Shown: positions 53,051-63,510, counted from the stretch's first letter. The stretch is 64,000 nucleotides of DNA from a virus (IMGVR_UViG_3300032303_002587:1-64000), one strand, 5' to 3'. A program made the numbers and translations. The notes: generated from the sequence alone by a model not told the origin.

Positions 53051-56000
53051 TTATTTCTTAGTTGGCGGTAATCGTTGACCTCCTACGCTAACTATTCTTT
53101 CATTGAAGCTATTTGTTAGATCTTTTATTTTATTTTCTAAATCTGTTCTTAATGTGGCTAATGAATCTTGTACTTGAGTTGTTATGTCTTGTTTAATGTT
53201 GTCTACAGAGCCACTATCTATAGTAAATTCAATTGGACCATTTGGTTGATTAATATCTACTGCGACATTCCCCTTAAGAGATAAATCTGTATTTTTAAGT
53301 TCTACTTGACGCATTCCTGATGTTAAATCGCCCACGGCTTTAGAAGCATTTTGTAAATTTATTCCTGGTTGATTTGGCAAACCGTTAGTTTGATTTGGTT
53401 GTGTAAATGCACCAGTAAAAGTTTTTAAACTACTGGTAATTGTTGCTACATTTTTATTAATATCTAAGACTGCTCTTTGACTTTGTATTGCTTCTTCTAC
53501 TTGTGTTTTAGCTATTTCATTTGATCTTGCGCCAATTTTATCATATTCTCCAGCCAAACCAAATTCTCCTTTACGAGTTAATAGTCTAGATATTGATGAT
53601 GTTTGGAATTCTATATCTTTTGCTCTTCCAGCAATAGCTCTTTGTTTTAAACTTCCTAAATCCATACCTTCTAAACTTCCACCAAACATTTTAACTGTAT
53701 CTAATAATGTTCCAGCTGCTGCTCTACCACCAACAGGAGTTCCTATACCTTGTATATTATTAACTAAAGAATCTATATTACTATTAGATTGAGGATTTAC
53801 GTAAGACTCTAAACCACCAAAAGCTTTAATATCTCTTTGTTTTTGTATACTAGCAGCTTGAATTTGATTATTGATTTTAGTTAATTCTGTTTGTTTGATT
53901 TGTTGGGCATTTAAATCTAATAAAGCTCTTTGATTATCACCTAAAATATTATTAGCTTGAGTTTGAAGATCTATAGCTTTACTTCCATAAGCAGTTCCAC
54001 CAAAAAATTGATTAAATGAATTAGTTATTTCTTGGCCAATTTGATCTGCTGATTTTCCACTTGTTGCAAGTTGCCCTAAAACTGTTTGAAATTGATTTAA
54101 TTTTTCTACGTCTACTTTTGGAGTTTGACCAGGAACATTTTCTTTTTTAAGATCTAAGAAGGTTTTATAACCTTCTTGTAAAACATCTGAACGAGCTTTA
54201 GTTTCTTGATCTTTATATTTTTTAGCAAAATCTAATTGTTGTTTAGCTGTTTCGATTAAGTTTTGATATTCTCTAGCGCTTTGTGGGCCCATAGAGCTAC
54301 GATTATATTCTAATAATCCACTAGCTCTTTGAAGTTGAACATCTTGAGTATTAAAAGCTAATTTATCCTTATACTCTTGTTGGATATCGCCAATTTGTAT
54401 TAATCTTTGATAAAAATTATCTAATGCATCTTGTTTAGATTTTTCTATATCAATCGATCTTTGTTTTGCTGCATTTTCTTTATTAATTAATTCGGCCTCT
54501 TTAGTTCTTTGCTCTGTTAATTTTTTAGCTTCTTCACCACCTATCACTTCTTCTAATACTTTAGTTAAAGTACTTTTTACTAAATCTTCTGCGGCTCTTC
54601 CACCTGCGCCTTCACCTTGTTTTGATAATCTTGTTATAGATTCTACTGCGCTTTCTTTAAAACCTAAAGAACGCAAAGCTTGAGGATCATAAGGAGCGTT
54701 TTTAGAAGTTTTAAATATATCCATATTACCCGAAGCTAGTTGTTGTTTTAATTTTTCTCTAGCATCTGTATTCTCAAAACCAGATTTAGCAAAAACTTTT
54801 GCATATCTTTCTTGTTCGGCAAAACTTAAACTACTTGCATTGAGTCCACCTCCAATAGATTCTCTTGGATTTATTAATGGTTTCAATGAAAGGGATTCAA
54901 AAATTTTAGCAGTCTGAGTCCCAGTTCTTTTATTTAATATGTCTTCAAATCCAGCTGCTCCTTTATAGTAAGCTTCTTCATTCGCTAAATCAGATTGTAT
55001 TTTAGACATTTGATCAAGCAGGTCTGTATAATTTGTAATAGAAACGAGTTGTTTTCTATAAGCGTCTGGAATTTGCCCTGCGGCGCTAATTAAATCTTGA
55101 TTTAATTTTCCAATTGTTTCTGGTGATGTTTTTGGATCTTTTTGAGCATCTTGTAGCTTTTGTAAAATATCTGCATATTTTTGAGAACTATTAGAAAAAT
55201 CAGTTAATGTTTGGCCAGATTCTTCAGCTTTTTCTGCTAACTTTGTAGATTTTTCTTTTAATAAATTAGCTATTGTTCCAAATGTTCCTGTCGTAGCTAG
55301 CAAAGCTGCACCAAAAACTCCAAATTTTCCAGGTATAATTTGCGCAGCAGTTCCAGCTAAACTTAAAGTAGAACTAAATCCTTCTATCGCTTCTGATAAT
55401 TTTGGAGAATTTTTAGTTGCTTCTTGCAGTAATCCGCCAGCTAAAGATAAAGCTATAGAGGCTTGTATCAATCCTCCTTTATATTTTTGAATTGATTGTG
55501 GAAGCGCGTTATCATCAAAAAGAACTTTTACTTTTGAAGTAGAAGAGGCTAAAGTCTTTATTTTTTCTGTAGCAACCGCTGTTGAATCTTTTAGCGAAGA
55601 AAAATTCTTTGCAACTTGATCTATAATTTGAGATAGTTTTTGATCTAAATTTAAACTTGATTGATTTGGTAAAGTAGATGAATATGGTGTTCCATACGCA
55701 TTTCTATCATTAAATGCGAAATTTGGTATATAACCTACATATGCACCAGCTCTTCTTGCTGCAGATCTAGAACTATATCTATTAACTCCTTGATTCAACC
55801 CTCTTGGTTCATCTTTTGTATTATAAACTCCAAGTCCAAGAGGATTACTATTCGAAGTTAAAGAAGATGAAGATCCAACTCTAATTGAAGATGCTGGTAC
55901 ACCAGCTGAAATTTCTCTTCCAATTGCTTCTTTTAATCCAGATAAATTAGGAGCTGATGCTTCGCCACCTAAATCCTCTTGTGAAAAAGATATTGGTTTT

Positions 56001-58546
56001 GATGATCCTGTTGATTTGATAACTCCAAAAGGTAAATTAATCATTTCTTTTCCAGATTCTAACCCTTGAATTAAAGCGGCTTTTAAACTTGGTGTTCTTT
56101 TTATTTTGCCTTTTATACTTGCTCCAGCTGTTGTAGCATTTAATTTGGCATCAAGATAAGGAAGAGCTTGCATAGCTGCTAATTGTCCTCCAAATAAAGA
56201 TTGATTTACTTTATCACTAGCAAAATTACCTCCAATATAATCCCAAGTTCCACTACCACCACCTTGTTTTTTATTTAAATCTAAATTTATTGCTGCGTTA
56301 ATTGAAGATTCAAATAATCTTCCTAAAATTTGAGGATAAGCAGAAGTATCAGCTTGTAATTGATTTATTATTTCATCTGCAGAAGGTAATTTTTTTGTAT
56401 TTGGTTTAATTAATTTCATAGCAATGCTTTGAATTGCTTTTGCTAATTCTTTACCCGCTATTTGATCAAAATCGCTATTACCTATATTTAATATAGAAAA
56501 ATCTTGTCCTGTTGCATATACTTTTTTTGCTGCTGGTTTTCTTGATGGCCCTAATTCTTTTTCTACTTCTGCTTTAGTAAAACGACTAGATAAAGCTGAA
56601 CGATTAAATCTCTTAGAATCTATTGCTTGCCTTAAATTCATTCCTTCTGGAATTTGAGCAAAATTTGGAACATAACCACTCCATGCGTAAGGATTAAATC
56701 CATGAGCTTTTTCAAAACTTTGTTTATAATTTTTTCCAGCTCGACTATCTTGTGGAGGCATAATTGCTGGTTGATTGAATCCATCAAATTTTTTTATTTT
56801 TTCTGCATCATTATAAGTTACCATTCCATAATTTGGAATAAATGTTTGTTTTACTTTTCCTGGCATATATCCACCAGCTAAAGCTCCTGCAACTTCTTGA
56901 TTAGCGTTAAAATTTGGAATGAATCCTGCAGATTTAGTTGGGATTCCTCTCATAGGTCCAGTTTGAGCAACTCTAACTCCAGAAGATATTAAACTTTTAG
57001 ATAAAGCATCTGCAACTGCAACTTGCCTTTGCATAGCAGCAGTTTCTTGTTCAATCAAAGTTAAAATTTGTTTATGTAAACTTGCTGTATTTACATTTCC
57101 ACTATTAATTTGTTCTATAATTTGAGGATTTCTACCAATTAAATTTAAAATTTGACCTTGTAATGCTTGTTGTTCTGCGGCTTTAGCATTAAGACCAGTT
57201 AAACTTTTAAATGCGTCCGCTGAAAATGTAACTAATCTTTCAAAAATTTTAAATAGTGCAGAAGCTGCTAATAATACTCCAGGTCCACCTAAGAATGACC
57301 CTATTCCTTTTAATAGTCCTTGTCCAATTCTTGACCCAATATCTTCACTTTCTGGTTGAAAATTTTCTAATGCAGTATTTAATCCACCTAATAAATTTTT
57401 TAATGTTGGTGCAATTGCTATATTACCAACTTGTGCCGCTAATTTTTGTAAATTTGCTAAAGTTTTATTAATTGTCGCACTTAATGTTTGATTTAATTCT
57501 TCATTTCTAGCATTTGCTTCGTTGGTAGCTCCATTAGAAACATCTAAAGCTCTAGAATATATTGAGTATTGATTTCCTAAATCTGCCAAAGAAGCTTTTA
57601 ATACGTTAATTTGGAATACGCCTCCAACTAATTCTGCGACTTGCGCTCTTTGTACTCCAGATAATTTACCATATACATTAGATAAACTATTTAAAATACT
57701 AATTAAAGGCAAGATATTGCCTTGCTGGTCTTTTGTTGCAACGCCAATTGCTTCTAATGCATCTAGAGTATCAGTCCTTTGAAGCCTTGTAAAAATAGTT
57801 TTAAATGAGTTACCAATTACAGCTCCACCTCTAGCTGTAGTTTGTTGAGCAGAAGTAACTAATGCAATAAGTTGATCTAAACTTACTCCTGCATCTTGAG
57901 CTGAACTACCAACTCTTCTTATAGCTTCTGCTAAATCTCCTGAACTAACTGCAAATCCAGCATCAACTGCTGCTAATTTATTAATTAATTCATTTGATGT
58001 TATACTAGTTTTATTAAATGAATTTAATGCTGCTGTAATCGATTCTACGCTATCAACAACTCCCATTCCAGTTAATCTAGTTAAAATTAATGCATCACTA
58101 GTTCTTTTTAAAGTATCTTCTATACCTAAGCCTTGCCTAGAAAATTCTGTTGCAGCTGAAGCAACTTCAGAAAAACTTTGTCCAGTATTTTTAGCTATAT
58201 CAAATAAACTATTACCAAAAGAAGCTAAATTTTTTGCACTAGCATTTAATATAACATTAATATCTGTAAGAGATTTTTCAACATCTATAACGCTTTTAAT
58301 TGTTTCTGAGAAAGCTTTTTGCACAGCAAAAATAGCACCTGCTGAAGCTCCGAATGCAATAACACGCGCATTAGATGCAGCTAATGATTTTTCAAATTCT
58401 CCTAATTGACCATTAATTTTACCTAATGGTTGAGAAAATCCTTTGCTATTTAAAACTAAAGCAGTATTAGCGACTTTTTCAATCTGCTTCTCTAGGGGCC
58501 TAGTATTCCCCAGTACATCAATAATGATATTATCGCCTTGCGCCAT
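53051..58546 (-). CDS. Tail tape measure protein
   Basis: 1831 aa, helical and Ala/Gln/Leu-rich. The N-terminal core includes EFSRQG, LAAVD..FAVSSGDLAEAI and RGGAVIGNSFKTIFTRL. Hydrophobic segments are present. It lies downstream of the tube and chaperone genes. Confidence 0.9.
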   Translation of the reverse strand: MAQGDNIIIDVLGNTRPLEKQIEKVANTALVLNSKGFSQPLGKINGQLGEFEKSLAASNARVIAFGASAGAIFAVQKAFSETIKSVIDVEKSLTDINVILNASAKNLASFGNSLFDIAKNTGQSFSEVASAATEFSRQGLGIEDTLKRTSDALILTRLTGMGVVDSVESITAALNSFNKTSITSNELINKLAAVDAGFAVSSGDLAEAIRRVGSSAQDAGVSLDQLIALVTSAQQTTARGGAVIGNSFKTIFTRLQRTDTLDALEAIGVATKDQQGNILPLISILNSLSNVYGKLSGVQRAQVAELVGGVFQINVLKASLADLGNQYSIYSRALDVSNGATNEANARNEELNQTLSATINKTLANLQKLAAQVGNIAIAPTLKNLLGGLNTALENFQPESEDIGSRIGQGLLKGIGSFLGGPGVLLAASALFKIFERLVTFSADAFKSLTGLNAKAAEQQALQGQILNLIGRNPQIIEQINSGNVNTASLHKQILTLIEQETAAMQRQVAVADALSKSLISSGVRVAQTGPMRGIPTKSAGFIPNFNANQEVAGALAGGYMPGKVKQTFIPNYGMVTYNDAEKIKKFDGFNQPAIMPPQDSRAGKNYKQSFEKAHGFNPYAWSGYVPNFAQIPEGMNLRQAIDSKRFNRSALSSRFTKAEVEKELGPSRKPAAKKVYATGQDFSILNIGNSDFDQIAGKELAKAIQSIAMKLIKPNTKKLPSADEIINQLQADTSAYPQILGRLFESSINAAINLDLNKKQGGGSGTWDYIGGNFASDKVNQSLFGGQLAAMQALPYLDAKLNATTAGASIKGKIKRTPSLKAALIQGLESGKEMINLPFGVIKSTGSSKPISFSQEDLGGEASAPNLSGLKEAIGREISAGVPASSIRVGSSSSLTSNSNPLGLGVYNTKDEPRGLNQGVNRYSSRSAARRAGAYVGYIPNFAFNDRNAYGTPYSSTLPNQSSLNLDQKLSQIIDQVAKNFSSLKDSTAVATEKIKTLASSTSKVKVLFDDNALPQSIQKYKGGLIQASIALSLAGGLLQEATKNSPKLSEAIEGFSSTLSLAGTAAQIIPGKFGVFGAALLATTGTFGTIANLLKEKSTKLAEKAEESGQTLTDFSNSSQKYADILQKLQDAQKDPKTSPETIGKLNQDLISAAGQIPDAYRKQLVSITNYTDLLDQMSKIQSDLANEEAYYKGAAGFEDILNKRTGTQTAKIFESLSLKPLINPRESIGGGLNASSLSFAEQERYAKVFAKSGFENTDAREKLKQQLASGNMDIFKTSKNAPYDPQALRSLGFKESAVESITRLSKQGEGAGGRAAEDLVKSTLTKVLEEVIGGEEAKKLTEQRTKEAELINKENAAKQRSIDIEKSKQDALDNFYQRLIQIGDIQQEYKDKLAFNTQDVQLQRASGLLEYNRSSMGPQSAREYQNLIETAKQQLDFAKKYKDQETKARSDVLQEGYKTFLDLKKENVPGQTPKVDVEKLNQFQTVLGQLATSGKSADQIGQEITNSFNQFFGGTAYGSKAIDLQTQANNILGDNQRALLDLNAQQIKQTELTKINNQIQAASIQKQRDIKAFGGLESYVNPQSNSNIDSLVNNIQGIGTPVGGRAAAGTLLDTVKMFGGSLEGMDLGSLKQRAIAGRAKDIEFQTSSISRLLTRKGEFGLAGEYDKIGARSNEIAKTQVEEAIQSQRAVLDINKNVATITSSLKTFTGAFTQPNQTNGLPNQPGINLQNASKAVGDLTSGMRQVELKNTDLSLKGNVAVDINQPNGPIEFTIDSGSVDNIKQDITTQVQDSLATLRTDLENKIKDLTNSFNERIVSVGGQRLPPTKK

Positions 58547-58570
58547 AGTAATCCTCTCATAGAATTACAC
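58547..58570 (-). promoter_or_regulatory. GTGTAA motif plus GAGAGG ribosome-binding site upstream of the tape measure
   Basis: Minus strand reads AAGTGTAA-TTCTATGAGAGGATTACT-ATG. Confidence 0.55.
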
Positions 58571-58588
58571 TTAAATTTTAATAATATA

Positions 58589-59593
58589 TTATTTAACGCC
58601 GTGTATTTTTAGTATTTCTTCAAAAGAGAGATTTCCACCTTTTTTGTCAGCTTCTTTAACCAAATCTACCGCTTCATCTTTAGAATCCAACATACCTTTT
58701 AGCTCTTGTTTCGTAGCTCCTATATATGTCTTACCTGAGAACTCCCTTCCAGAATCTTTTTCTTTTTCTTTTGTAATTAAAGATCTACTCTCATACCATT
58801 CAACTAATTCATCTAAAGAGTTTATAGAAGATGGAGGAGTATCCCCAGTTTTTTCTAAATTATATTTATAACCTCTAGCTAATGTAAATAAATTAATTTG
58901 ATTATAAGTCAATTTGCATAAAGGTTTCCCAAAAAATGTATAAGGATTATCCTCTGACAAGAAAAACATATTCATAAAAAAACTAGATACTGCAGTCTTT
59001 TTAAGGTTTTTAACTGAGAATAAACTATTAAAATTTTGATATAAACTAGCGTATTTGATTAAATCTTCTATTTCTAGATTAAAAAAATCATCTTCTGAAT
59101 CAAAATACTTATCTAAGTTTTCATTTTTACAAAATGTTAAATATATAAGATATTCATTAGATTTTCTTGTTGCATATTCTTCTGCTGTTATACCTAAAAA
59201 TTCTATCCTATCTTTTTCTATAGAAAATAGTTCTTCTTCTAGGATTTTTATTTTATTATCTATCTCTTTTTGTTGAGATGCAATAATTAATTTTTTCTTA
59301 GTATCTACGTTAAGATTAATCTCATCTCTAATTTTAATTCTTCTATTTTCTTTTTCTTTAGGCCAAATATTTTTTTCATGTAATAAATCTAACTTATCTT
59401 TTTCTTCTAGAATACCCATAGCTTTTGATTTATCGAAAAACTCAATATATTTTTCGTAAACATTAGCTAAATCAACTTCAGTTGTGTGCTTTAAATAAAA
59501 GGATTTATCTTCTAGTTTGTATATGGAATACTCGTTAATTATATCTTTATAAAGTTTTTTAACAAAATTTATATCTTTAAGTATTTCATTCAC
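58589..59593 (-). CDS. Hypothetical protein, candidate tail assembly chaperone
   Basis: 334-aa charged helical ORF directly upstream of the tape measure. Confidence 0.5.
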   Translation of the reverse strand: MNEILKDINFVKKLYKDIINEYSIYKLEDKSFYLKHTTEVDLANVYEKYIEFFDKSKAMGILEEKDKLDLLHEKNIWPKEKENRRIKIRDEINLNVDTKKKLIIASQQKEIDNKIKILEEELFSIEKDRIEFLGITAEEYATRKSNEYLIYLTFCKNENLDKYFDSEDDFFNLEIEDLIKYASLYQNFNSLFSVKNLKKTAVSSFFMNMFFLSEDNPYTFFGKPLCKLTYNQINLFTLARGYKYNLEKTGDTPPSSINSLDELVEWYESRSLITKEKEKDSGREFSGKTYIGATKQELKGMLDSKDEAVDLVKEADKKGGNLSFEEILKIHGVK

Positions 59594-59595
59594 TT

Positions 59596-60348
59596 TTATG
59601 AATCAAAAAATTCTTCTAAAGACTTAAACTCTTCTTCTGTGGAAGCTTTACCCATATACCATAAACTAATGAAATAAGCTAGCTTTTTAATTCCACCGCT
59701 TAGTGTAAGATCACCTTGATCTTCAATAAGATCGTAAGCTGTTAATTTATTTTCAAATGTCAAGCCTTTGAATATTGGAGAAAATGTTATTTTTTCATCA
59801 TAAGAAACGTATGACAAATTAAGAACCCACCATAATATAACTTGATTCCTAGCTCTATTTTCTGCTGTTTGATCAAATACGCTTGATTGTTGTAATTCTA
59901 AATTAGCTAAGTCTTTCTTGATATTAAGAATTTCATTCAACAAGTCTTTCATTTTGGTTTCTTGTTCTTCTTTTTCAAGTTTAGTTAAATTAGCTTGAAC
60001 TTTTTCTAATTCGGTTTGCTTTACATATAATGTAACATATAGAGTAGCATATCTTTGTTTTTCTGATTCGCTTAAAGCTCCACCATCATCTTGATATCTT
60101 TTAGCGATCAAAGACTTTGTTAACAATCCAAGTCTAATTCCTTCTGATACTTTAACGCCATAAAAAAGCTCTGCTTCTTCAAAAGTCTTTCTATCTGGAC
60201 GAAGAATCCTAAAATAAACTGGAGATTTTTCTTTAACTTTTTTAAGTATTTTTACTTCTTCGCCTTTCTCGTTTTTTGAAATTTCTGGAACTTCTTTTTC
60301 TATTTCATTATCTATAGAAAATTCATAAATATATTTATCTGTTTTCAT
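59596..60348 (-). CDS. Hypothetical protein, candidate tail assembly chaperone
   Basis: 250 aa with a coiled coil. TAENRARN resembles TAEEYATR in the neighbouring gene. Confidence 0.5.
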   Translation of the reverse strand: MKTDKYIYEFSIDNEIEKEVPEISKNEKGEEVKILKKVKEKSPVYFRILRPDRKTFEEAELFYGVKVSEGIRLGLLTKSLIAKRYQDDGGALSESEKQRYATLYVTLYVKQTELEKVQANLTKLEKEEQETKMKDLLNEILNIKKDLANLELQQSSVFDQTAENRARNQVILWWVLNLSYVSYDEKITFSPIFKGLTFENKLTAYDLIEDQGDLTLSGGIKKLAYFISLWYMGKASTEEEFKSLEEFFDS

Positions 60349-60604
60349 TTGGTGCTCCTATTTTTGATTCAACAAACCCTTTTGTTCTTTTGAAATTGGC
60401 TTTGCCTCCAATTTTTACAATAAAATCATTTCTTTTTTCTTCGGTCCAACTCATATATTTATTAATGACTTTTGGACTAGAAATGTCTTCTACCTTCAAA
60501 GAATTAAATCCAAATTTAAATCTAAGCTCTCTTTGGGTAGTTTGTAAATCAAGATTAGCTGAAATAATGGCTTCTGGAGTATAGTTAAAATATTTTGCTT
60601 TCAT
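60335..60604 (-). CDS. Hypothetical protein
   Basis: 89-aa ORF overlapping both neighbours. Confidence 0.55.
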   Translation of the reverse strand: MKAKYFNYTPEAIISANLDLQTTQRELRFKFGFNSLKVEDISSPKVINKYMSWTEEKRNDFIVKIGGKANFKRTKGFVESKIGAPNENR

Positions 60605-60888
60605 TTTTTTATTTCTATATTAAGAAAGTCAAAATTCTTTTCAATCTCGCGAATAGTTTCATTCCCAAGATCAAGTATCTTCTTTCTTAAGTAATTATAT
60701 TTATTATCATCAAAATAATCAACATTTTTTAACTTTTCTAAATCAATCTCTTTATTTAATTTATTTAACATATTAGTGTGATCTTCTTGTATGTCTTCTA
60801 TTAAATTAAGATATCTTTTATATAAATTAACGACATTTCGATGTATTTGGAACATCAAATATTCTTTGAGATTTGCTTTATCTTGCAT
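60601..60888 (-). CDS. Hypothetical protein
   Basis: 95-aa ORF preceded by GTGTAA and an AAGG-rich leader. Confidence 0.6.
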   Translation of the reverse strand: MQDKANLKEYLMFQIHRNVVNLYKRYLNLIEDIQEDHTNMLNKLNKEIDLEKLKNVDYFDDNKYNYLRKKILDLGNETIREIEKNFDFLNIEIKK

Positions 60889-60934
60889 AAATCCTTTATC
60901 CTTTATTGAACCTTGTGCCTATATACCTTTACAC
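60889..60934 (-). promoter_or_regulatory. GTGTAA motif plus a leader with five (A)AGG units
   Basis: Minus strand reads GTGTAAAGGTATATAGGCACAAGGTTCAATAAAGGATAAAGGATTT-ATG. Confidence 0.55.
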
Positions 60935-60935
60935 T

Positions 60936-60959
60936 AAAAAACCCGCCGAAGCGGGTTTT
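60936..60959 (-). terminator. Intrinsic terminator after the tail tube gene
   Basis: Minus strand AAAACCCGC-TTCG-GCGGGTTTTTT: a GC stem, a cUUCGg loop and a U6 tract. Confidence 0.9.
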
Positions 60960-60984
60960 CTAGATTCATTATATTTTTTAAATA

Positions 60985-62037
60985 TTAACTATTAGCGAAA
61001 ATAAACAATCCGCCGACTTGATCGTTTGGACCGCCGATTTGAGCGCTCCAATTCATTGTTACGGATTTGTTATCGCCAATGCTGCTTGAGAAGTCTTGTG
61101 AATCTAATTTTGCTCCTCTAACTACATAACTTATAGCTTCTGTATCAGTGTTTGGTTTATTGATTTTAACTTGTAAGTTATATTTTGCAGCGTCATTATT
61201 AATAATATCCGCTAGATTTGCAGCTTCAATGTCGCCCATGATTGCATCAACACTCATTGTTACTGTGACTGGGAATTTGATTTCTCTTGTAAAAGCGAAT
61301 CTGCTTCCTAGTTTTTGAATTGGATCTCTACCAAGATCAAATTTGATTGAAGCTTTTTGAATCTTCAAATCAGAAGCTACAACGCCAGTTGCTCCAGCAA
61401 TTGTTAAATCTACATCTCCTGGGCGAAGAGCTGAATATCCTTGACCAGTAACTGGTGTTGGAATTGTAAATGTGCCAACTACGGAAGAACCATCTTCTGG
61501 ATTAATCGTTGGAAGAGTTTGTGAATCTGTTCCACCATAAAATCTCATGTTCATGCCTTCACCGTTGACTGAAACAGTTGGAATATTTCCTACTGAAGCC
61601 TCCATGCTGTAAGATGATAAAAATCCATTTCCAATTCCAATAACTTTTCCATTAGATTTACCATCAATATTTGCATCTTTACCTTCGCCAACTGTTAGAA
61701 TATAATAATTATTAGTGTCTCTACCATTTGTTAAAATTCCTGATAAAGCTGGTGTTCCCGCAGTTGCAATTATACCAACTCCACTTGCAACTGAAAGTCC
61801 TAAATTTGCTTCGTTTTCACCAGAATTTAAATAGTAAGAAAAATCAAAATTAACTGTTGGTTGCTCTAGAATGATACGATCAATTGAAGCTAATTGGCCG
61901 TATTGATTAATGTCTTGTCTTGAGACTTCGAAACTATAGTTTGCGCTTTGAACACGGTTTAATTGTTTTGGTGAAGCATCTCCAGTTGCACCTACGAAAA
62001 GTGCTTCGCTTTGATAAATTACTCTTTTTCTTGCCAT
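60985..62037 (-). CDS. Major tail (tube) protein
   Basis: 350 aa, beta-rich (RVQSANYSF..RQDINQYG; FSSSIGDNKSV). It has a strong AGGAG RBS, its own terminator and the canonical position before chaperones and tape measure. Confidence 0.75.
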   Translation of the reverse strand: MARKRVIYQSEALFVGATGDASPKQLNRVQSANYSFEVSRQDINQYGQLASIDRIILEQPTVNFDFSYYLNSGENEANLGLSVASGVGIIATAGTPALSGILTNGRDTNNYYILTVGEGKDANIDGKSNGKVIGIGNGFLSSYSMEASVGNIPTVSVNGEGMNMRFYGGTDSQTLPTINPEDGSSVVGTFTIPTPVTGQGYSALRPGDVDLTIAGATGVVASDLKIQKASIKFDLGRDPIQKLGSRFAFTREIKFPVTVTMSVDAIMGDIEAANLADIINNDAAKYNLQVKINKPNTDTEAISYVVRGAKLDSQDFSSSIGDNKSVTMNWSAQIGGPNDQVGGLFIFANS

Positions 62038-62077
62038 ATTATTATTCTCCTATTTAAATCTGTACCTATTATTACAG
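62038..62077 (-). promoter_or_regulatory. CTGTAA variant motif plus AGGAG ribosome-binding site
   Basis: Minus strand reads CTGTAATAATAGGTACAGATTTAAATAGGAGAATAATAAT-ATG. Confidence 0.45.
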
Positions 62078-62104
62078 TAATAAAAAAAGAATGAGAAACT
62101 AATT

Positions 62105-62941
62105 TTATGCTCTAGGATATCTGATACTGTTCAAAGTAAAGTCAATAAAAGCTGGAAATACTTGGTTATTTTTTGCATTTAAATTAGCGAATATTTTGCT
62201 TACATTTACTTCTGAAATATAGAATCCATTAACTCCAATATCAATATTTTGGGTTAAAGTATCATAGTTATAATGTCCACTATCTAATCCGCCAAAATTA
62301 TTAAATGGGCTATTAATTAATGGTACATAGTCTCTAGCTGTGTCTTTTAATATACTGCAAAGTGCATCTAAATTAAACATATTATCTGCCATAACTACTG
62401 CTCTAACTAATATTTGGGTATTATCTTGACCACCAAAAGCGAATGGTTGATTAATACCTCCATTATTTTTAAGGAATATGCATGGATAAGTTATCGCTTC
62501 TATGGCTAAACCCGTAGGAGTTTGAGTAGTTTTAGGTCTTGCTTGATATTGGCTTTCAAACAAAATCTCTTCTTCTGGTTGATTTGTTAGATATAAGTTA
62601 AAGTCTTTAACTGCATAGTTGCCACTAATAGTATTAGTTCCTTGGCCAGATGTAAAATAAACTTGACCATTTTGAGGACTAATACCAGTTAAATTATTTT
62701 GACCAATAGTTTTAAAATTATTATTAACATAAACTCCAGAAAGTATATTAGCTCCACTTATAGAACTATCGCAAACAACTTGTTTAAAAGGCAGACCATA
62801 ACTATAAAATCCATTATAAATATTTGTAACTGGATAAAATCGACTAGAGAAATTTTTATACGCTTCTCCTTTTTTTAAGATCACATGATCCATCCACATA
62901 AGCATACTTGACATCAAAAGGTTATCTAGTTGTATTTTCAT
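62105..62941 (-). CDS. Putative tail terminator/completion protein
   Basis: Position upstream of the tube gene; YPCIFL..PFAFGG..VRAVV pattern. Confidence 0.45.
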   Translation of the reverse strand: MKIQLDNLLMSSMLMWMDHVILKKGEAYKNFSSRFYPVTNIYNGFYSYGLPFKQVVCDSSISGANILSGVYVNNNFKTIGQNNLTGISPQNGQVYFTSGQGTNTISGNYAVKDFNLYLTNQPEEEILFESQYQARPKTTQTPTGLAIEAITYPCIFLKNNGGINQPFAFGGQDNTQILVRAVVMADNMFNLDALCSILKDTARDYVPLINSPFNNFGGLDSGHYNYDTLTQNIDIGVNGFYISEVNVSKIFANLNAKNNQVFPAFIDFTLNSIRYPRA

Positions 62942-63510
62942 TTGATTTTTTCTATATTTTTAACAAAATTATTTATCATGCCAGATATATATTTTGTTGT
63001 TCTAAATGTATCACTTCTAATTTTATTTTTACTTTGTAAGCCTTCTTTTGATCTTCCTTCAATAAATTTTTTATACATATAATTACTAAATCCAGATATG
63101 CCCCTTTCAATTCCAACGGCCCAACTATTTCCATTTTCCCAAGGCATACGAGTTACATTTTTTATTTTATTTAAATTTGGATATTCAATTTCAAAACGTA
63201 TAGAATTTGAACTTTTTTTCCTAGATAATTTAAAACCATTTTTAATTAAATCTCTTAATTCTTCTATAGGATTATCTGAACTATTAAAACCAATAAAGCT
63301 AAATAAATTTCCTACTCCACCCAATGTATTCGAAATATTTGGCGCAGTAGGACCCGCTTCAATTTCTTTTGTTACTGGGTTAGAGTTAAATTCATTTAAA
63401 AATTTTTCTTGAGCTTTATCAAACTTATTAGTGATAAAATTAACAGCATTTTTTTCAAATTTTTTATTATTTGCTAATGCTTTATCAAAATTTATATTGA
63501 CCCTTTTCAT
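62938..63510 (-). CDS. Putative neck / tail-completion protein
   Basis: Basic 190-aa ORF; function inferred from position only. Confidence 0.4.
   Translation of the reverse strand: MKRVNINFDKALANNKKFEKNAVNFITNKFDKAQEKFLNEFNSNPVTKEIEAGPTAPNISNTLGGVGNLFSFIGFNSSDNPIEELRDLIKNGFKLSRKKSSNSIRFEIEYPNLNKIKNVTRMPWENGNSWAVGIERGISGFSNYMYKKFIEGRSKEGLQSKNKIRSDTFRTTKYISGMINNFVKNIEKIK

Noticed and set aside
59590-59620. Programmed -1 frameshift between the two chaperone-like genes at GAA TTT TTT
   Set aside because: The downstream gene is in the -1 frame, but that frame hits TGA immediately after the T-run, and there is no X XXY YYZ heptamer.
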